From: an uncultured Acidobacteriaceae bacterium
GTDB taxonomy: Bacteria > Acidobacteriota > Terriglobia > Terriglobales > Acidobacteriaceae
NCBI GenBank assembly: GCA_964236325.1
Contig: CAXSEC010000001.1
Span: forward strand, 53,325-117,324
Length of the DNA stretch: 64,000 bases
Direction of reading: 5' to 3'
The translations under genes and the position numbers were made by a program. How positions within the stretch are numbered: the first letter of the stretch is position 1; each line of letters begins with the position of its first letter. The notes under the pieces were generated by a model. It was not told the origin of the DNA. It saw only the letters and a list, made by a program, of their open reading frames with translations, and searched no databases. Shown here piece after piece: positions 1-9,800 of this stretch.

Positions 1-405
1 CGCAGACTGCTGCGCGCCACTACTCTTTCTTTCTGACTTGCTTTGCATTAAGCCTTGGCCTTTTCTTCCTGGATGAGATCGTGCCCTGCCGCTTTTCTTC
101 CTAAGCCGCGCGAACGCCGGCCGCAATGTGGCAGTCGGAGGAAGCTGAAGCTTTCGATCGCTTGAACTTATCCTGCGAGGTTTTGATCGCTTGCGTGGCT
201 TTGTGCACGCAGAGCGGGAGCGGACACGGCAAGGAGTATGGCCGCGATCGGCTTGATAGAGAGAAGGGTGAGAGGCACGTCGCTCACGATAGCCGGCAAT
301 CTTGAACATGCGATTTCATTTAGGTGAACTTCCATGAGCCGAGATACGCCGTGGCTCGACCGCTCTCCTTCATCGTCAGGAGGACAATCAAACATTGCGG
401 CTTCG

Positions 406-771
406 TTACGACTCGTTCGTCGCTGCGGGAAGACGCAGCTCTGCGGTGCAGCCCTGGGTGTCGGACCGGTTGCTGACGGTGAGGGAGCCTTTGTGGGCCG
501 CGGCGATCTGAGGGGCGAGCACGGGCCTGATATCGCTTCCGTTCGGCCTGGTTGTGTAGAAGGGCACGAAGAGGGGTTTGCCGGGTTGGTCAGGCCCGGC
601 CCGGTTGTCGAGGATCTGCAGGACGATCTCTTCGTTCGTGCTGTCGTTGGAGCGGAAGGTGACCTGCGGGGGGCGATTTACGCGGCGTCGGAAGAGGTGG
701 CCGCAACCACGGCGTTGCGGATGAGGGTGAAGGCGAATACGGGTGAAGGCATCGAGGTCATGCGTAGGCAT
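406..771 (-). pseudogene. Remnant of a histidine kinase HATPase_c domain
   Basis: LQILDNRAG..LFVPFYTTRPNGSDIRPVLAPQIAAAHKGSLTVSNR is a degraded form of D.G.G / FYTTK..GSGIGL...QI..AHGG. The G1/G2 glycines are lost and there is no H-box or sensor domain. Confidence 0.6.
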
Positions 772-935
772 GTTCGCGGGAGTGAATGTTGCCGCGCGTC
801 TGCTCTAAGCGCAGCGTTACTTCTGACAATGCGACAGACCGGGGCGAAACAAGCGGTGAAAGGTGCACCTCTCGTTGAGTGCCGATGCAGCGTAATAGGG
901 TTCGCTATCGGGACGACCCACTCATGCGCGCCACT

Positions 936-2576
936 CTACCGCAGGTTCAGCAGCTGGAACTCTCCGTCATAGCCCTCCATCTCCTCCTCCGCCTCCATGG
1001 GCTGTTGAGCTAAGGAGCGCACCGCCAAATGCAGTAGCATGGTCGACGCCACGATGGGGACCAGCAGCCAGAGTTGTCGCTCTACCCTGCCTTCCGCATA
1101 GGCGATCCCAAACAGGAATGGCGTCAACACTCCCAGGTACAGCGTCAGAAACAGAGCGAAGTTCGATCGGCCTGGCATTCTCGGCTGGATGAGCGGTGCT
1201 GATCGCGCATAGAAGAAACTATCTGTGAGAAACAATGCCAGGCACCCTCCACAGATAGCCTGCACCAGCAGCGCACGAGTGCTCCACCCCGCCGCAGTCA
1301 ACACCACCACACTGCTGAAGAGGAGACCCGCTGCCGCCAGAGTTGCCCATCGCTTTCCTGCCGCCGCCAGATCCCGGTCGTCAGAACCCGCGACCCGGAA
1401 CACCCACCGCGCCGCCAATGTCTCCGGAAACGCGAACGCCGTTCGCAGCCCTGCCACTATCCAAAAACACAATAGTGCAAATACCGCGTGCATCCCAAAG
1501 GTTGAGAGCGAAGGTGTAGCCGTCTCGGACCGCAGCACTACACCACACGCCAAAGCCAGCGCCAGACCCGTCCCGCCGTACATTGCCAAATAAACATGGT
1601 AGCGAGCGATGCGGCGGATCGTCTGCCCAATGAAGTAAAACATTGCTCTCTCCTGTGGAGTGCGTACCACCGCACAGACGCTGCGTGACAGTACCGCCAG
1701 TGGTGCTTTTCTCTGCCGCGCGTCGCCCTCCAGCGCCATGCGCCGCATCCGCGCCCATGCCCCCGGGTAGGTTGCCACTGCCAGCGTCAGCGCAACGGTT
1801 GTGCCCCACAACGCCCATGGGGTTAGCTCTTGTGAAAATGCCGGCCCTGCCGGCCCGTGCAGCAGCTTCTCATAGAGCCCCAGGAACCACAGCGGCGGAA
1901 GCCAGCGTGCTTGCCCAGGCTGCGCCAGCAGCACGTGCAGTGATTGCCCGTAACGGGCATACTGCACCACGACAAGCACCAGGCATCCCGTCACCAGCGT
2001 CTGCACTACCGCACTCACGATGCGGAACGGCCTGTCTCGGATGAGGCATCGCAGTGGGCCACCCGTAGTCACCAGCGCCGCAGAAAGAAAGACTCCGCCA
2101 AGCCCCACCGCTACCACGTGCGCCAGCAGTTGACGGAAGAACGTCCCCTTCGCGACCAACGAGTACATCAGGGAGCCGGGCAGGCTTGCGCCCGCCAGGA
2201 AGAAGGCCAGAAAGCAGCACAACGCACCCACTTTTGCGGTCATCACTCGCCCCTGTGCGAGCGGCAGGGGCGTCAGCACCAAGAAGTCTGCGCGATCCGG
2301 AAACAGCATCTCCCACTCAAACACCGTGACTACGCCCATCACGACAAATGTCAGCAGCACGAAGAAGTATTCATCGTCCCATCTGCCCGCCATATCTCGC
2401 CGCGGGTATTGGTTCTGCAGGAAAAACGCCAACACCAGCCCGGGCATGGCCACCATCGCAAGAGCGCGCACGATCGTCGTCATGGTGTCGCCCTCCACCT
2501 GCACCGTGTCGTTGTCGAAGAAGCGCCGGAAGAAGTGCACCATGAGTCGCTTAAGCGTCCCTCCGCCGTCACGCAT
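936..2576 (-). CDS. Polytopic membrane protein, putative ABC transporter permease
   Basis: 546 aa with many hydrophobic helices; overlaps the end of the upstream ABC ATPase ORF. Confidence 0.75.
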   Translation of the reverse strand: MRDGGGTLKRLMVHFFRRFFDNDTVQVEGDTMTTIVRALAMVAMPGLVLAFFLQNQYPRRDMAGRWDDEYFFVLLTFVVMGVVTVFEWEMLFPDRADFLVLTPLPLAQGRVMTAKVGALCCFLAFFLAGASLPGSLMYSLVAKGTFFRQLLAHVVAVGLGGVFLSAALVTTGGPLRCLIRDRPFRIVSAVVQTLVTGCLVLVVVQYARYGQSLHVLLAQPGQARWLPPLWFLGLYEKLLHGPAGPAFSQELTPWALWGTTVALTLAVATYPGAWARMRRMALEGDARQRKAPLAVLSRSVCAVVRTPQERAMFYFIGQTIRRIARYHVYLAMYGGTGLALALACGVVLRSETATPSLSTFGMHAVFALLCFWIVAGLRTAFAFPETLAARWVFRVAGSDDRDLAAAGKRWATLAAAGLLFSSVVVLTAAGWSTRALLVQAICGGCLALFLTDSFFYARSAPLIQPRMPGRSNFALFLTLYLGVLTPFLFGIAYAEGRVERQLWLLVPIVASTMLLHLAVRSLAQQPMEAEEEMEGYDGEFQLLNLR

Positions 2577-3350
2577 GGTGCACCTGCATGACCTGCACCA
2601 GCTCCTGTGCGAGCTGCTCTGTGTCTGTGTGCCGCACCAGCTGCGAGAACACCGCCTCCAGATTTGGCAGAGCCATCAGCTGCGTCAGCTCCTGCGGTTT
2701 GGCGTCGGCAACCACTCTGCCTTTGGACAAGATGATGACCCGCTGGCACACCCGTTCCACAACTTCCAGCACATGCGAGATGTACAGGATTGCCTTGCCT
2801 TCTCTTGCTAGCAGGACCAATAGATCTTCGAAGAGACGAGCCGAAACCGCATCCAGCCCGGACAGCGGCTCGTCAAAGACAATCAGCTTCGGATCGTGCA
2901 GCAGAGCAGCCGCAATTAGGACTCGCTGTTTCATTCCCTCGAGTACTCCGTCATCGGGGAGTATTGCGCGGCCTCCAGCGACAGAAGGTACAGCAATCCC
3001 CGCGCCTTGCGCTCGATCAATCCTTCCGCCAACCCGCGCAGCCTGCCGACCAGCTGCAGATACTCCATACCGGAGAGATGGGTGTAGACCTGCGCCTCCT
3101 CCGGCACATACCCCAGCTGTGCCCGGTAACGTGCGAGATCCTGGTGAATGTCCTGTCCGGCGAAGAGGACCTTGCCGCGAGTTGGCCGAATCATCCCGAT
3201 GACCATCTTCACCGTGGTCGATTTCCCGGAACCATTCGGCCCGAGGTAGCCGAGCACTTCGCCTGGCCTGAGGGTGAAGCTGACACCCTCGACAGCAGGT
3301 ATGCCGCGATAGACCTTTGCTACGGATTGCAGTTCCAACATTGCATTCAC
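2569..3350 (-). pseudogene. ABC transporter ATP-binding protein, frameshifted into two ORFs
   Basis: Walker A GPNGSGKST is in 2931-3350; MKQRVLIA...FDEP (Walker B) and the ISH H-loop are in 2569-2934. The break lies inside the signature YS(R/K)GMKQR, where TCG AGG GAA TGA lacks one base. Confidence 0.85.
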
Positions 3351-3353
3351 CCC

Positions 3354-3391
3354 CTATGTAGTGAACTAGTATGTGCTAGCATACTACATAG
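3354..3391. promoter_or_regulatory. Nested inverted repeats between divergent ABC ATPase and padR (putative operator / bidirectional promoter)
   Basis: CTATGTAGT (3354-3362) pairs with ACTACATAG (3383-3391); TAGTATG (3367-3373) pairs with CATACTA (3380-3386). Confidence 0.6.
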
Positions 3392-3393
3392 CA

Positions 3394-3699
3394 ATGGCTG
3401 CTCTCCGTCTTTCCCATAGCGCTGCTCTCATCCTCAGGGCGCTCCATCTCGGCTACCGCTTCGGACTCGAAGTGATGGAGGTCACTGGCCTGCCTAGTGG
3501 CACCGTTTACCCGGCACTACGCCGCCTCGAGCGCGATTCTCTCGTCGCTTCGAAGTGGGAGTCTGACGCCGAAGCCGCCGGTAAGCAGCGCCCCGCCCGC
3601 CGCTACTATGAGGTGACCGACGCAGGACGGCTCGCGGCCAAGACCGCTATGGAGCGTTACCCGCTCCTCGCACATCTGTCTCCGGAGCGGCCCGCATGA
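3394..3699 (+). CDS. PadR family transcriptional regulator
   Basis: GTVYPALRRLE...W...RPARRYYEVTDAG winged-helix motif; ATG at 3394 preferred as start. Confidence 0.9.
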   Translation: MAALRLSHSAALILRALHLGYRFGLEVMEVTGLPSGTVYPALRRLERDSLVASKWESDAEAAGKQRPARRYYEVTDAGRLAAKTAMERYPLLAHLSPERPA

Positions 3700-4538
3700 A
3701 CCTCACGGAAGGTCAGCAGACTAGACTCCTCATGCACGTAGCACGCATTGTGCCCGCTACAGACCGAGCCGAGTGGTCCCGCTTTTGGTACGCCGAGCTT
3801 TGGTGCCAACGGTATGCCGACCCGGTTCGGACCACCACCGATCTCCATGCCGGGCTCATTTGGGATGCGCTCTGGCTTCGCATGGAGCGTTGTCGCTGCA
3901 GCCTTCGTGGAACCGCCATGCTGTGTCTTGCCACGATTGCGATCGCCTGCATCCTGGCTCTCCTGCTCGCCACTTGCAGCGTCGGCAGTTGGGGAAGGTT
4001 CACCAGCCGCCTTGCCGAGGATTATGGCCGCTTTCTTCTGGCCAGTCCGCTCATTCTGCTCGTGACCTTTCTCACTGCTTCACGCCGCGCCGTCCACGCC
4101 AGCACCACGGTTAGACACGTTGTCTCGCGGTGTGGCTGGCTTCTTCGTGCCGGCTTCTTCATGGCGAAAAGCACTTTAATTTTCAGCCTCGCGTACCTGC
4201 TTGGCGTCGGACTGTGCGCGCCCTTCACGGGCGCATTCCCAAACACGGTCGCATTTCTACAGATCCCGCTGTACGTTGTGCTCTCTGTCCTTGCCCTTCG
4301 CTGGTCGTTTGAAGATCAGGAGCGACGCTGCAAGCACTGTCTTCGCCTTCTTAGGGCTCCGGCGCGTGTGGGACGGCCATCTCACAACCTGCTCGAATGG
4401 AGTGGCACGGCTCTGGTCTGTGTCCGTGGCCATGGCGTTCTGAGCATTCCTGAGCTTGAAACCAGTTGGCACCAAAGCAACGAGTGGACTCAGGCCATCG
4501 TCGAACCTTTCGCTTCCAGCAACGAACATCTGGCGTGA
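3696..4538 (+). CDS. Membrane protein with C-terminal Cys/His (putative Zn-binding) domain
   Basis: ATGA overlap with padR; about 4 TM helices; RCKHC...CVRGHG motif. Confidence 0.75.
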   Translation: MNLTEGQQTRLLMHVARIVPATDRAEWSRFWYAELWCQRYADPVRTTTDLHAGLIWDALWLRMERCRCSLRGTAMLCLATIAIACILALLLATCSVGSWGRFTSRLAEDYGRFLLASPLILLVTFLTASRRAVHASTTVRHVVSRCGWLLRAGFFMAKSTLIFSLAYLLGVGLCAPFTGAFPNTVAFLQIPLYVVLSVLALRWSFEDQERRCKHCLRLLRAPARVGRPSHNLLEWSGTALVCVRGHGVLSIPELETSWHQSNEWTQAIVEPFASSNEHLA

Positions 4539-4854
4539 TCCCGCAGCTATACCGAAGGTATTGTGGAAGGTATCTCTGGCTTCTAAAAAGGAGCGTAACA
4601 ATGAACAAGCGAAGACGGTACCTCATGGATCAGCAGCTTCTACGTCGCATTTGAGCCAATATGCGCTGCGGCATCTTCCTTTTTGCGTCTGCATTGCTTT
4701 CGCAGCCTTGCGGAGCTCAAACCGGTGATGCCACCGCGATCAGTGAAGAACAGCAGTTCACCTTGGCGGCGCTAGCGATAGCTCAAGCGAAGTCCTACTC
4801 TTCGACCTCGCCTGAAGCCATGTACCAACCGCACACGAGATAGAGAGGAATGTT

Positions 4855-5817
4855 ATGAACCCCATTGCCGGCCTGCACCACGTGACCGCTATCGCTTCCA
4901 ACCCGCAGCGTAATCTCGATTTCTACACAGAAGTGCTAGGACTTCGGTTCGTTAAGAAGACGGTCAACTTCGACGATCCGGGAACCTACCACTTCTACTT
5001 TGGCGACGACACCGGAGCGCCAGGTACGATCCTCACCTTCTTTCCCTGGCCACATGCCAAGAGGGGGACGATTGGTGTCGGTGAGGTTCTGGCGACAGCA
5101 TTTTCCATTCCCACCGCTTCTTTTGCTTACTGGACCGAGCGGCTCCGCTCGCTCAGCATCACCTTCCACGAGAGCGCGCGTTTCGGTGCTCAGGTGATCG
5201 GCTTGGCCGACCCGGACGGCATGCGCCTTGAGTTGATCGAGCAGGCAGAGACACACGCCGGCAAAGCTCCGCGCTATTCCGATGTGCCGTCAGCCTCGGC
5301 AATCCAGGGTTTTTATGGAGTTACGTTGCTAGAGCGGCGCGTGGAACCAACAGCCTCCCTGCTTGAAGTGATGAAGCTGAAGGAGTTGGCACGCGACGGG
5401 GCTTACGTCCGCTTTGCTCCGGCTGGCGATGCTCTGGGACGCTACGTGGATGTGCTGGTGGATGCGGAAGCGCAGCCCGGCAGACAGGGCGCGGGCAGCG
5501 TGCACCACATCGCATTCCGGAACGCGGATGACTCGGATCAGCGTGCCTGGCACGATACGCTCGCGCCGATGGTTGACGTGACTCCGGTGCAGGAACGCAC
5601 CTATTTCCGTTCAATTTACTTCCACGAACCCGGCGGCGTGCTGTTTGAGATGGCAACCGATACTCCCGGCTTCCTGATTGACGAACCGGTGGAAAGCCTC
5701 GGCGAAGCGCTTCGAATTCCTTCCTGGTACGAGCCGCAACGGCCCATGATCGAAGCCCGGCTGCTCCCGCTCACACTGCATAAGTTCTCGGCCAAGTTGC
5801 AAGAGGTTCGGCAGTGA
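4855..5817 (+). CDS. Ring-cleaving dioxygenase (VOC/glyoxalase fold, MhqO-like)
   Basis: GLHHVTA, KKTVNFDDPGTYHFYFGD, GSVHHIAFR, YFRSIYFHEPGGVLFEMATD; RBS GAGG upstream. Confidence 0.92.
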   Translation: MNPIAGLHHVTAIASNPQRNLDFYTEVLGLRFVKKTVNFDDPGTYHFYFGDDTGAPGTILTFFPWPHAKRGTIGVGEVLATAFSIPTASFAYWTERLRSLSITFHESARFGAQVIGLADPDGMRLELIEQAETHAGKAPRYSDVPSASAIQGFYGVTLLERRVEPTASLLEVMKLKELARDGAYVRFAPAGDALGRYVDVLVDAEAQPGRQGAGSVHHIAFRNADDSDQRAWHDTLAPMVDVTPVQERTYFRSIYFHEPGGVLFEMATDTPGFLIDEPVESLGEALRIPSWYEPQRPMIEARLLPLTLHKFSAKLQEVRQ

Positions 5818-6470
5818 CCAACGACCCGCATGGCGCACAACCCATCGTGAGCGCCGGAACACCTCTGGCCAATGCAGCAGGAGCGATCATCCTGCTGCAT
5901 GGCCGCGGTGGTTCGGCGCACGACATCCTTGGCCTGGGCGCGTCGCTTGCGCCGAATGGCATTGCCCTTCTGGCACCCGAGGCGGCTAGACACACCTGGT
6001 ATCCAAATTCCTTCCTTGCTCCCCGCGCACAGAACGAACCGTATCTCACATCAGCATTACAAAGGGTTGCGACTGTTGTGCAGGCTGTGATTGGTGCCGG
6101 CTTTGAATCCAGCCAGATCACCCTCTGCGGCTTCTCGCAAGGCGCATGTCTTGCCACTGAGTTCGTGGGCAGAAATCCAAGACGCTACGCGGGCCTGCTT
6201 GCCTTTACCGGGGGCCTCATCGGGCCACTTGACGAACTGCTCAACCTCGCCGGCGATCTGCAAGGTACGCCCGTTCTGCTGAGTTCCGGCGATCCAGACC
6301 CGCATGTTCCATGGTCACGTGTACAACAATCGGCAGAGCTGCTCACAAGCATCGGTGCAACGGTTACCACTCGTCGTTATGCTGGCCGTCCCCACACCGT
6401 CCTGCAGCAGGAAATCCAAGACGGACAGCTGCTTCTGCAGCATACGTTTGCGTCGCCTTCTGTTACCTGA
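5814..6470 (+). CDS. Phospholipase/carboxylesterase (alpha/beta hydrolase)
   Basis: LLHGRG, GFSQG nucleophile elbow, GDPDPHVP, catalytic His in RPHT; GTGA overlap with the dioxygenase. Confidence 0.9.
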   Translation: MTNDPHGAQPIVSAGTPLANAAGAIILLHGRGGSAHDILGLGASLAPNGIALLAPEAARHTWYPNSFLAPRAQNEPYLTSALQRVATVVQAVIGAGFESSQITLCGFSQGACLATEFVGRNPRRYAGLLAFTGGLIGPLDELLNLAGDLQGTPVLLSSGDPDPHVPWSRVQQSAELLTSIGATVTTRRYAGRPHTVLQQEIQDGQLLLQHTFASPSVT

Positions 6471-6813
6471 TTCCGATCCTTCTTCTGAGAACAACGGCAC
6501 CTGTACCCCCCGCAGCGCACCGAAGAACAGGCAACAGCAACAGCCTGCTTAGGAGCTCTGCTCCTGGCGCGCGCAAAGGCACCTTTATCTTCAGCGCTGC
6601 GCTTGCGCAGACCGCCTGCGGCGCCTCCGCTTCGCTCCGGGAGGGAACCCGGCTATTGCACTTGCCGCCCCGCTGGCGTGGGCCAGGGGCAAGGCGTGTC
6701 TGTGAGAACAACCACAGCCAAATCATTCCAAAGCCGAGGCCGGGACCATGAACATGACCGCGACCTAACTTTGCCGAAGACAACAAACTTTGCTGCGTTG
6801 CGGCAGGGATGAC

Positions 6814-6847
6814 AGCGCACCTGAGACGTGTCACTCTCAGATGCGCT
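6814..6847 (-). terminator. Stem-loop downstream of the S53 protease gene
   Basis: On the minus strand AGCGCATCTGAGA-N8-TCTCAGGTGCGCT forms a 13-bp stem with one G-U pair; the U-tract is weak. Confidence 0.45.
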
Positions 6848-6868
6848 CTCAGCTGACTGGCCGTGCGT

Positions 6869-9800
6869 TCAGGGCACGGTTGGAGCGGTGGCGGCGGATG
6901 GAAGCACCTGGACGTTGATTGGGCCACCTTCCGCCCGGGTCCAGTTATTGTCACCTTCGTAGAGCGCCGTGATCATGTGGCTTCCCACACCGAGGACAGG
7001 AGCGATGGTCACCAGGAGCGAGTCTCCGTTGCCGGTGTTGAGCGTCTGCGGTTGGCCGAGCGGCCGGGCTGCGGCTCCGTTCCAACTGTCGTAGAGCTGC
7101 ACAAGGCCCGTTGGAAGGGAGACTACGGCCGGCGACAAAGACGTCGACAGCAGTGCAGAGAGACTGACCTCCACGCCCTGGCGGACGACAGACTTGCGCG
7201 CCTGGAGCGCCAGGGCTGGCGTGGCTTTTGCGACCTGCACGGTGAGCAGCGGACTATTGCTTCCCGCGAAGTTGGGATCTCCATCGTAGGTGGCGTAGAA
7301 GGTTTGCGGGCCGGCGGTTGACCAGGGGATGAAGGTTGAGACATGGCCGCCAATCAGATTGAAGGGTGTCGTTGCGGAGCCGTTGATCATGTGAAGGGTG
7401 ACGGTGCCGGTGGGAAAGGAGGCGCTCTTCTTTACAGGGGAGACAGCCACGTTCACTTGCGTGCTCGCTCCCAGACTCGAGGTCAAGGAGCTCAACGTCA
7501 CCGCGATCGTGGTTGAGGCGGCTCCTGTGATTTCCGTGGTGAAGTGTTGGTAGCTCTCGAGGACGCCCTGCTGATAGTTGGCATCGCCAGCGTAGGCTGG
7601 AACGACGTTGTAGGATCCAGGTTGCGCACGGAAGGGGATGATTGCCGCGCCATTCGGGCCAACGGATCCAACGGCTAGCACAGCGCCGGTATCGTCGCGG
7701 GTGAGGGTGACGCGGCCGGTCGGCAGCGCGATGGGATCATAGGCGAAGTCCACGGAGGCGATGACGGTCGAGCCTGCCGGGGCCGTGCCTGCGCTGAGAC
7801 CGGCGGCGATGTTGACCAGACCCTGATCCACGATGAAGGGAAAGTTGCTGGTGCTTGGGGTAAAGCTGCTATCGCCGGTGTAACGAGCTGTGAGGTTGTG
7901 CTGACCGCGAGCCAGGTCACATGGCGTGTTGGGCCCGCAGGGAACATAGATCGCTCCGGTGTTATCAAGGGGGTAGGTGCCGAGGTGCTTCGCTCCTTCA
8001 AGCAACTCTATGTTGCCGGTGGCCGTGCCGGCACCGGAGGCGCTTGTCACCTGAACCTGAACGTAGAAAAGGTTGCCGAGTGCTGTTTCATCACCGGGCA
8101 GGTAGGGTCGCCGGCCAAGGATGATGAAGCGAGCAGGAATGAAGGTGCCGACGGTGAGCGAGTCTGCCTCGGGAGCGACCGTCAAAGTGACAGGTGCGGA
8201 TGTGCTGGCGTCGAAGTGGGCGTCGCCACCATAGGAGGCGAGCAGCTTGTATGTGCCGCCAGGAAGACTGTTGATTGACTGCTGGAAGGAGCCGGAGACA
8301 AGAGAGCCTGCAAAGACTGGGCCTGTTGGCGCGGAGCCCCGTTCGACCAGCAGCGCGATCTCTCCCGTAGGCGATCCCGCGCCGGCGGCCGGCGTGACGT
8401 GCGAGGCCACTGTGACCGCTGCGCCATGCACGAAGTGTGTCCGGGAGACGGACAATGTGGTGCTGGTCTCGGACGAGGGCAGCGAGCTCCAGGCCTTTAC
8501 AAGGTTCGCCGCGTTGACAGACCCCAGGCCTGAGGCCAGGTCATAGCCGGGGGTTGCGCTGTAGCCGCTCAGCAGACCGAAGAGCGTGCTTCCGGCAGCA
8601 GGAACGGTACAGTCCTGGTTTCCGAAGACGCAGCTGAGCGTGTTGGCGCCACCGGTAACGTCGTGGAACACGCACTCGTCGGGTCGTGATGGATCGGTGA
8701 GTGTGCTTGCATTGCAGGCTCCGCTGGTTCCCTGCTTCTGCGCGAGGTCATACAGCTTGTAGTCAGCCTGGCCCTGGAAGGTTCCGTTTTTCTCTTCGAC
8801 CAGCGCCATGATGCCAGCCATGGAGGGCGACGCGGCCGAGGTTCCGCCGACGACGGCGGCTTGTTCGAGCGTGAACGATCCGTCGGGGTTGGTGGTCCAC
8901 TGGCAGGAGCCGTTGAAACAGATCAGATAGCCATCGTGTGCGCCCGCGGCGGCCAAGGACACGTCCGGAAGATCGCGGACGCCGTCTTGTGGGACGCCAC
9001 GGCCTACCTGCCAAGCGGGCTTGGGATATCCACTCTGACATGCATAGAGGCCAATGCGAATGCCTGGCGTGCTGCCATCCGGATGCACGGAGCAGCTGCT
9101 TGCACCGCCGCCGCCGGCGTAGGTTCCTTCGCTGGTAGGACTGAAATAGCAGTTATCGAGCGAGATTGGAAGGCTGGGATTGCAGCTCTCGTTCCACACC
9201 GTCTCGGGAATGTAGCCCTTGGCTGTCGATTGATCACGAGCTGGCGCGACGGCCCAATACGTGTTCAGGTTGGTGTCGGCAAACTCCGTTCCGCCGACGG
9301 CGACGTTGTAGGGTGTGGAGGCGAGTGCATTAACGCCGAGCGGATAGGGGGTTGCAAGGTATGCGGAGGGCACGTCGCAGGAGCTCGATCCGGAATCGCC
9401 CGACGAGACCAGGACGGTGATGCCTTCGGCGGAGGCCTGCTGCCAGAGATCGTGGTAGAAGTCGATCTCGTTCTGGCTGAGGCCCTGTTCGCAGGTGCCA
9501 AAGCTGACGGACATGATCGGCGCCGTCACATGGTCGACGATGTAAGCGGATGCGATGTCCACGCCGTCGGTGTCGTCGGTGCTGGAGGCGATGACGTAGT
9601 GGATGGTTGCCTTGGGTGCCACGGCACCGGACCACTCCGTGTCCAGAATGGCTTCTTCCTCGTCTCCGGGAACCAGACCTGGGTTGCCGTTGACATAGAT
9701 TTTGCGCGGGTCATTGAAGGGCAGGCGGAACAGGGTGCGGAAAGCCTCCACATCGGAGAGGCTGATGTCTGAGCGACCAACGATGGCGATTGAGACGCCG

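Noticed and set aside
1-395. Short minus-strand ORF with a signal-peptide-like stretch
   Set aside because: It stops immediately after the putative signal; possibly another remnant, but no family can be assigned.
2931-2945. Programmed -1 ribosomal frameshift in the ABC ATPase
   Set aside because: No canonical X XXY YYZ slippery heptamer or clear stimulatory structure; a simple indel is more parsimonious.
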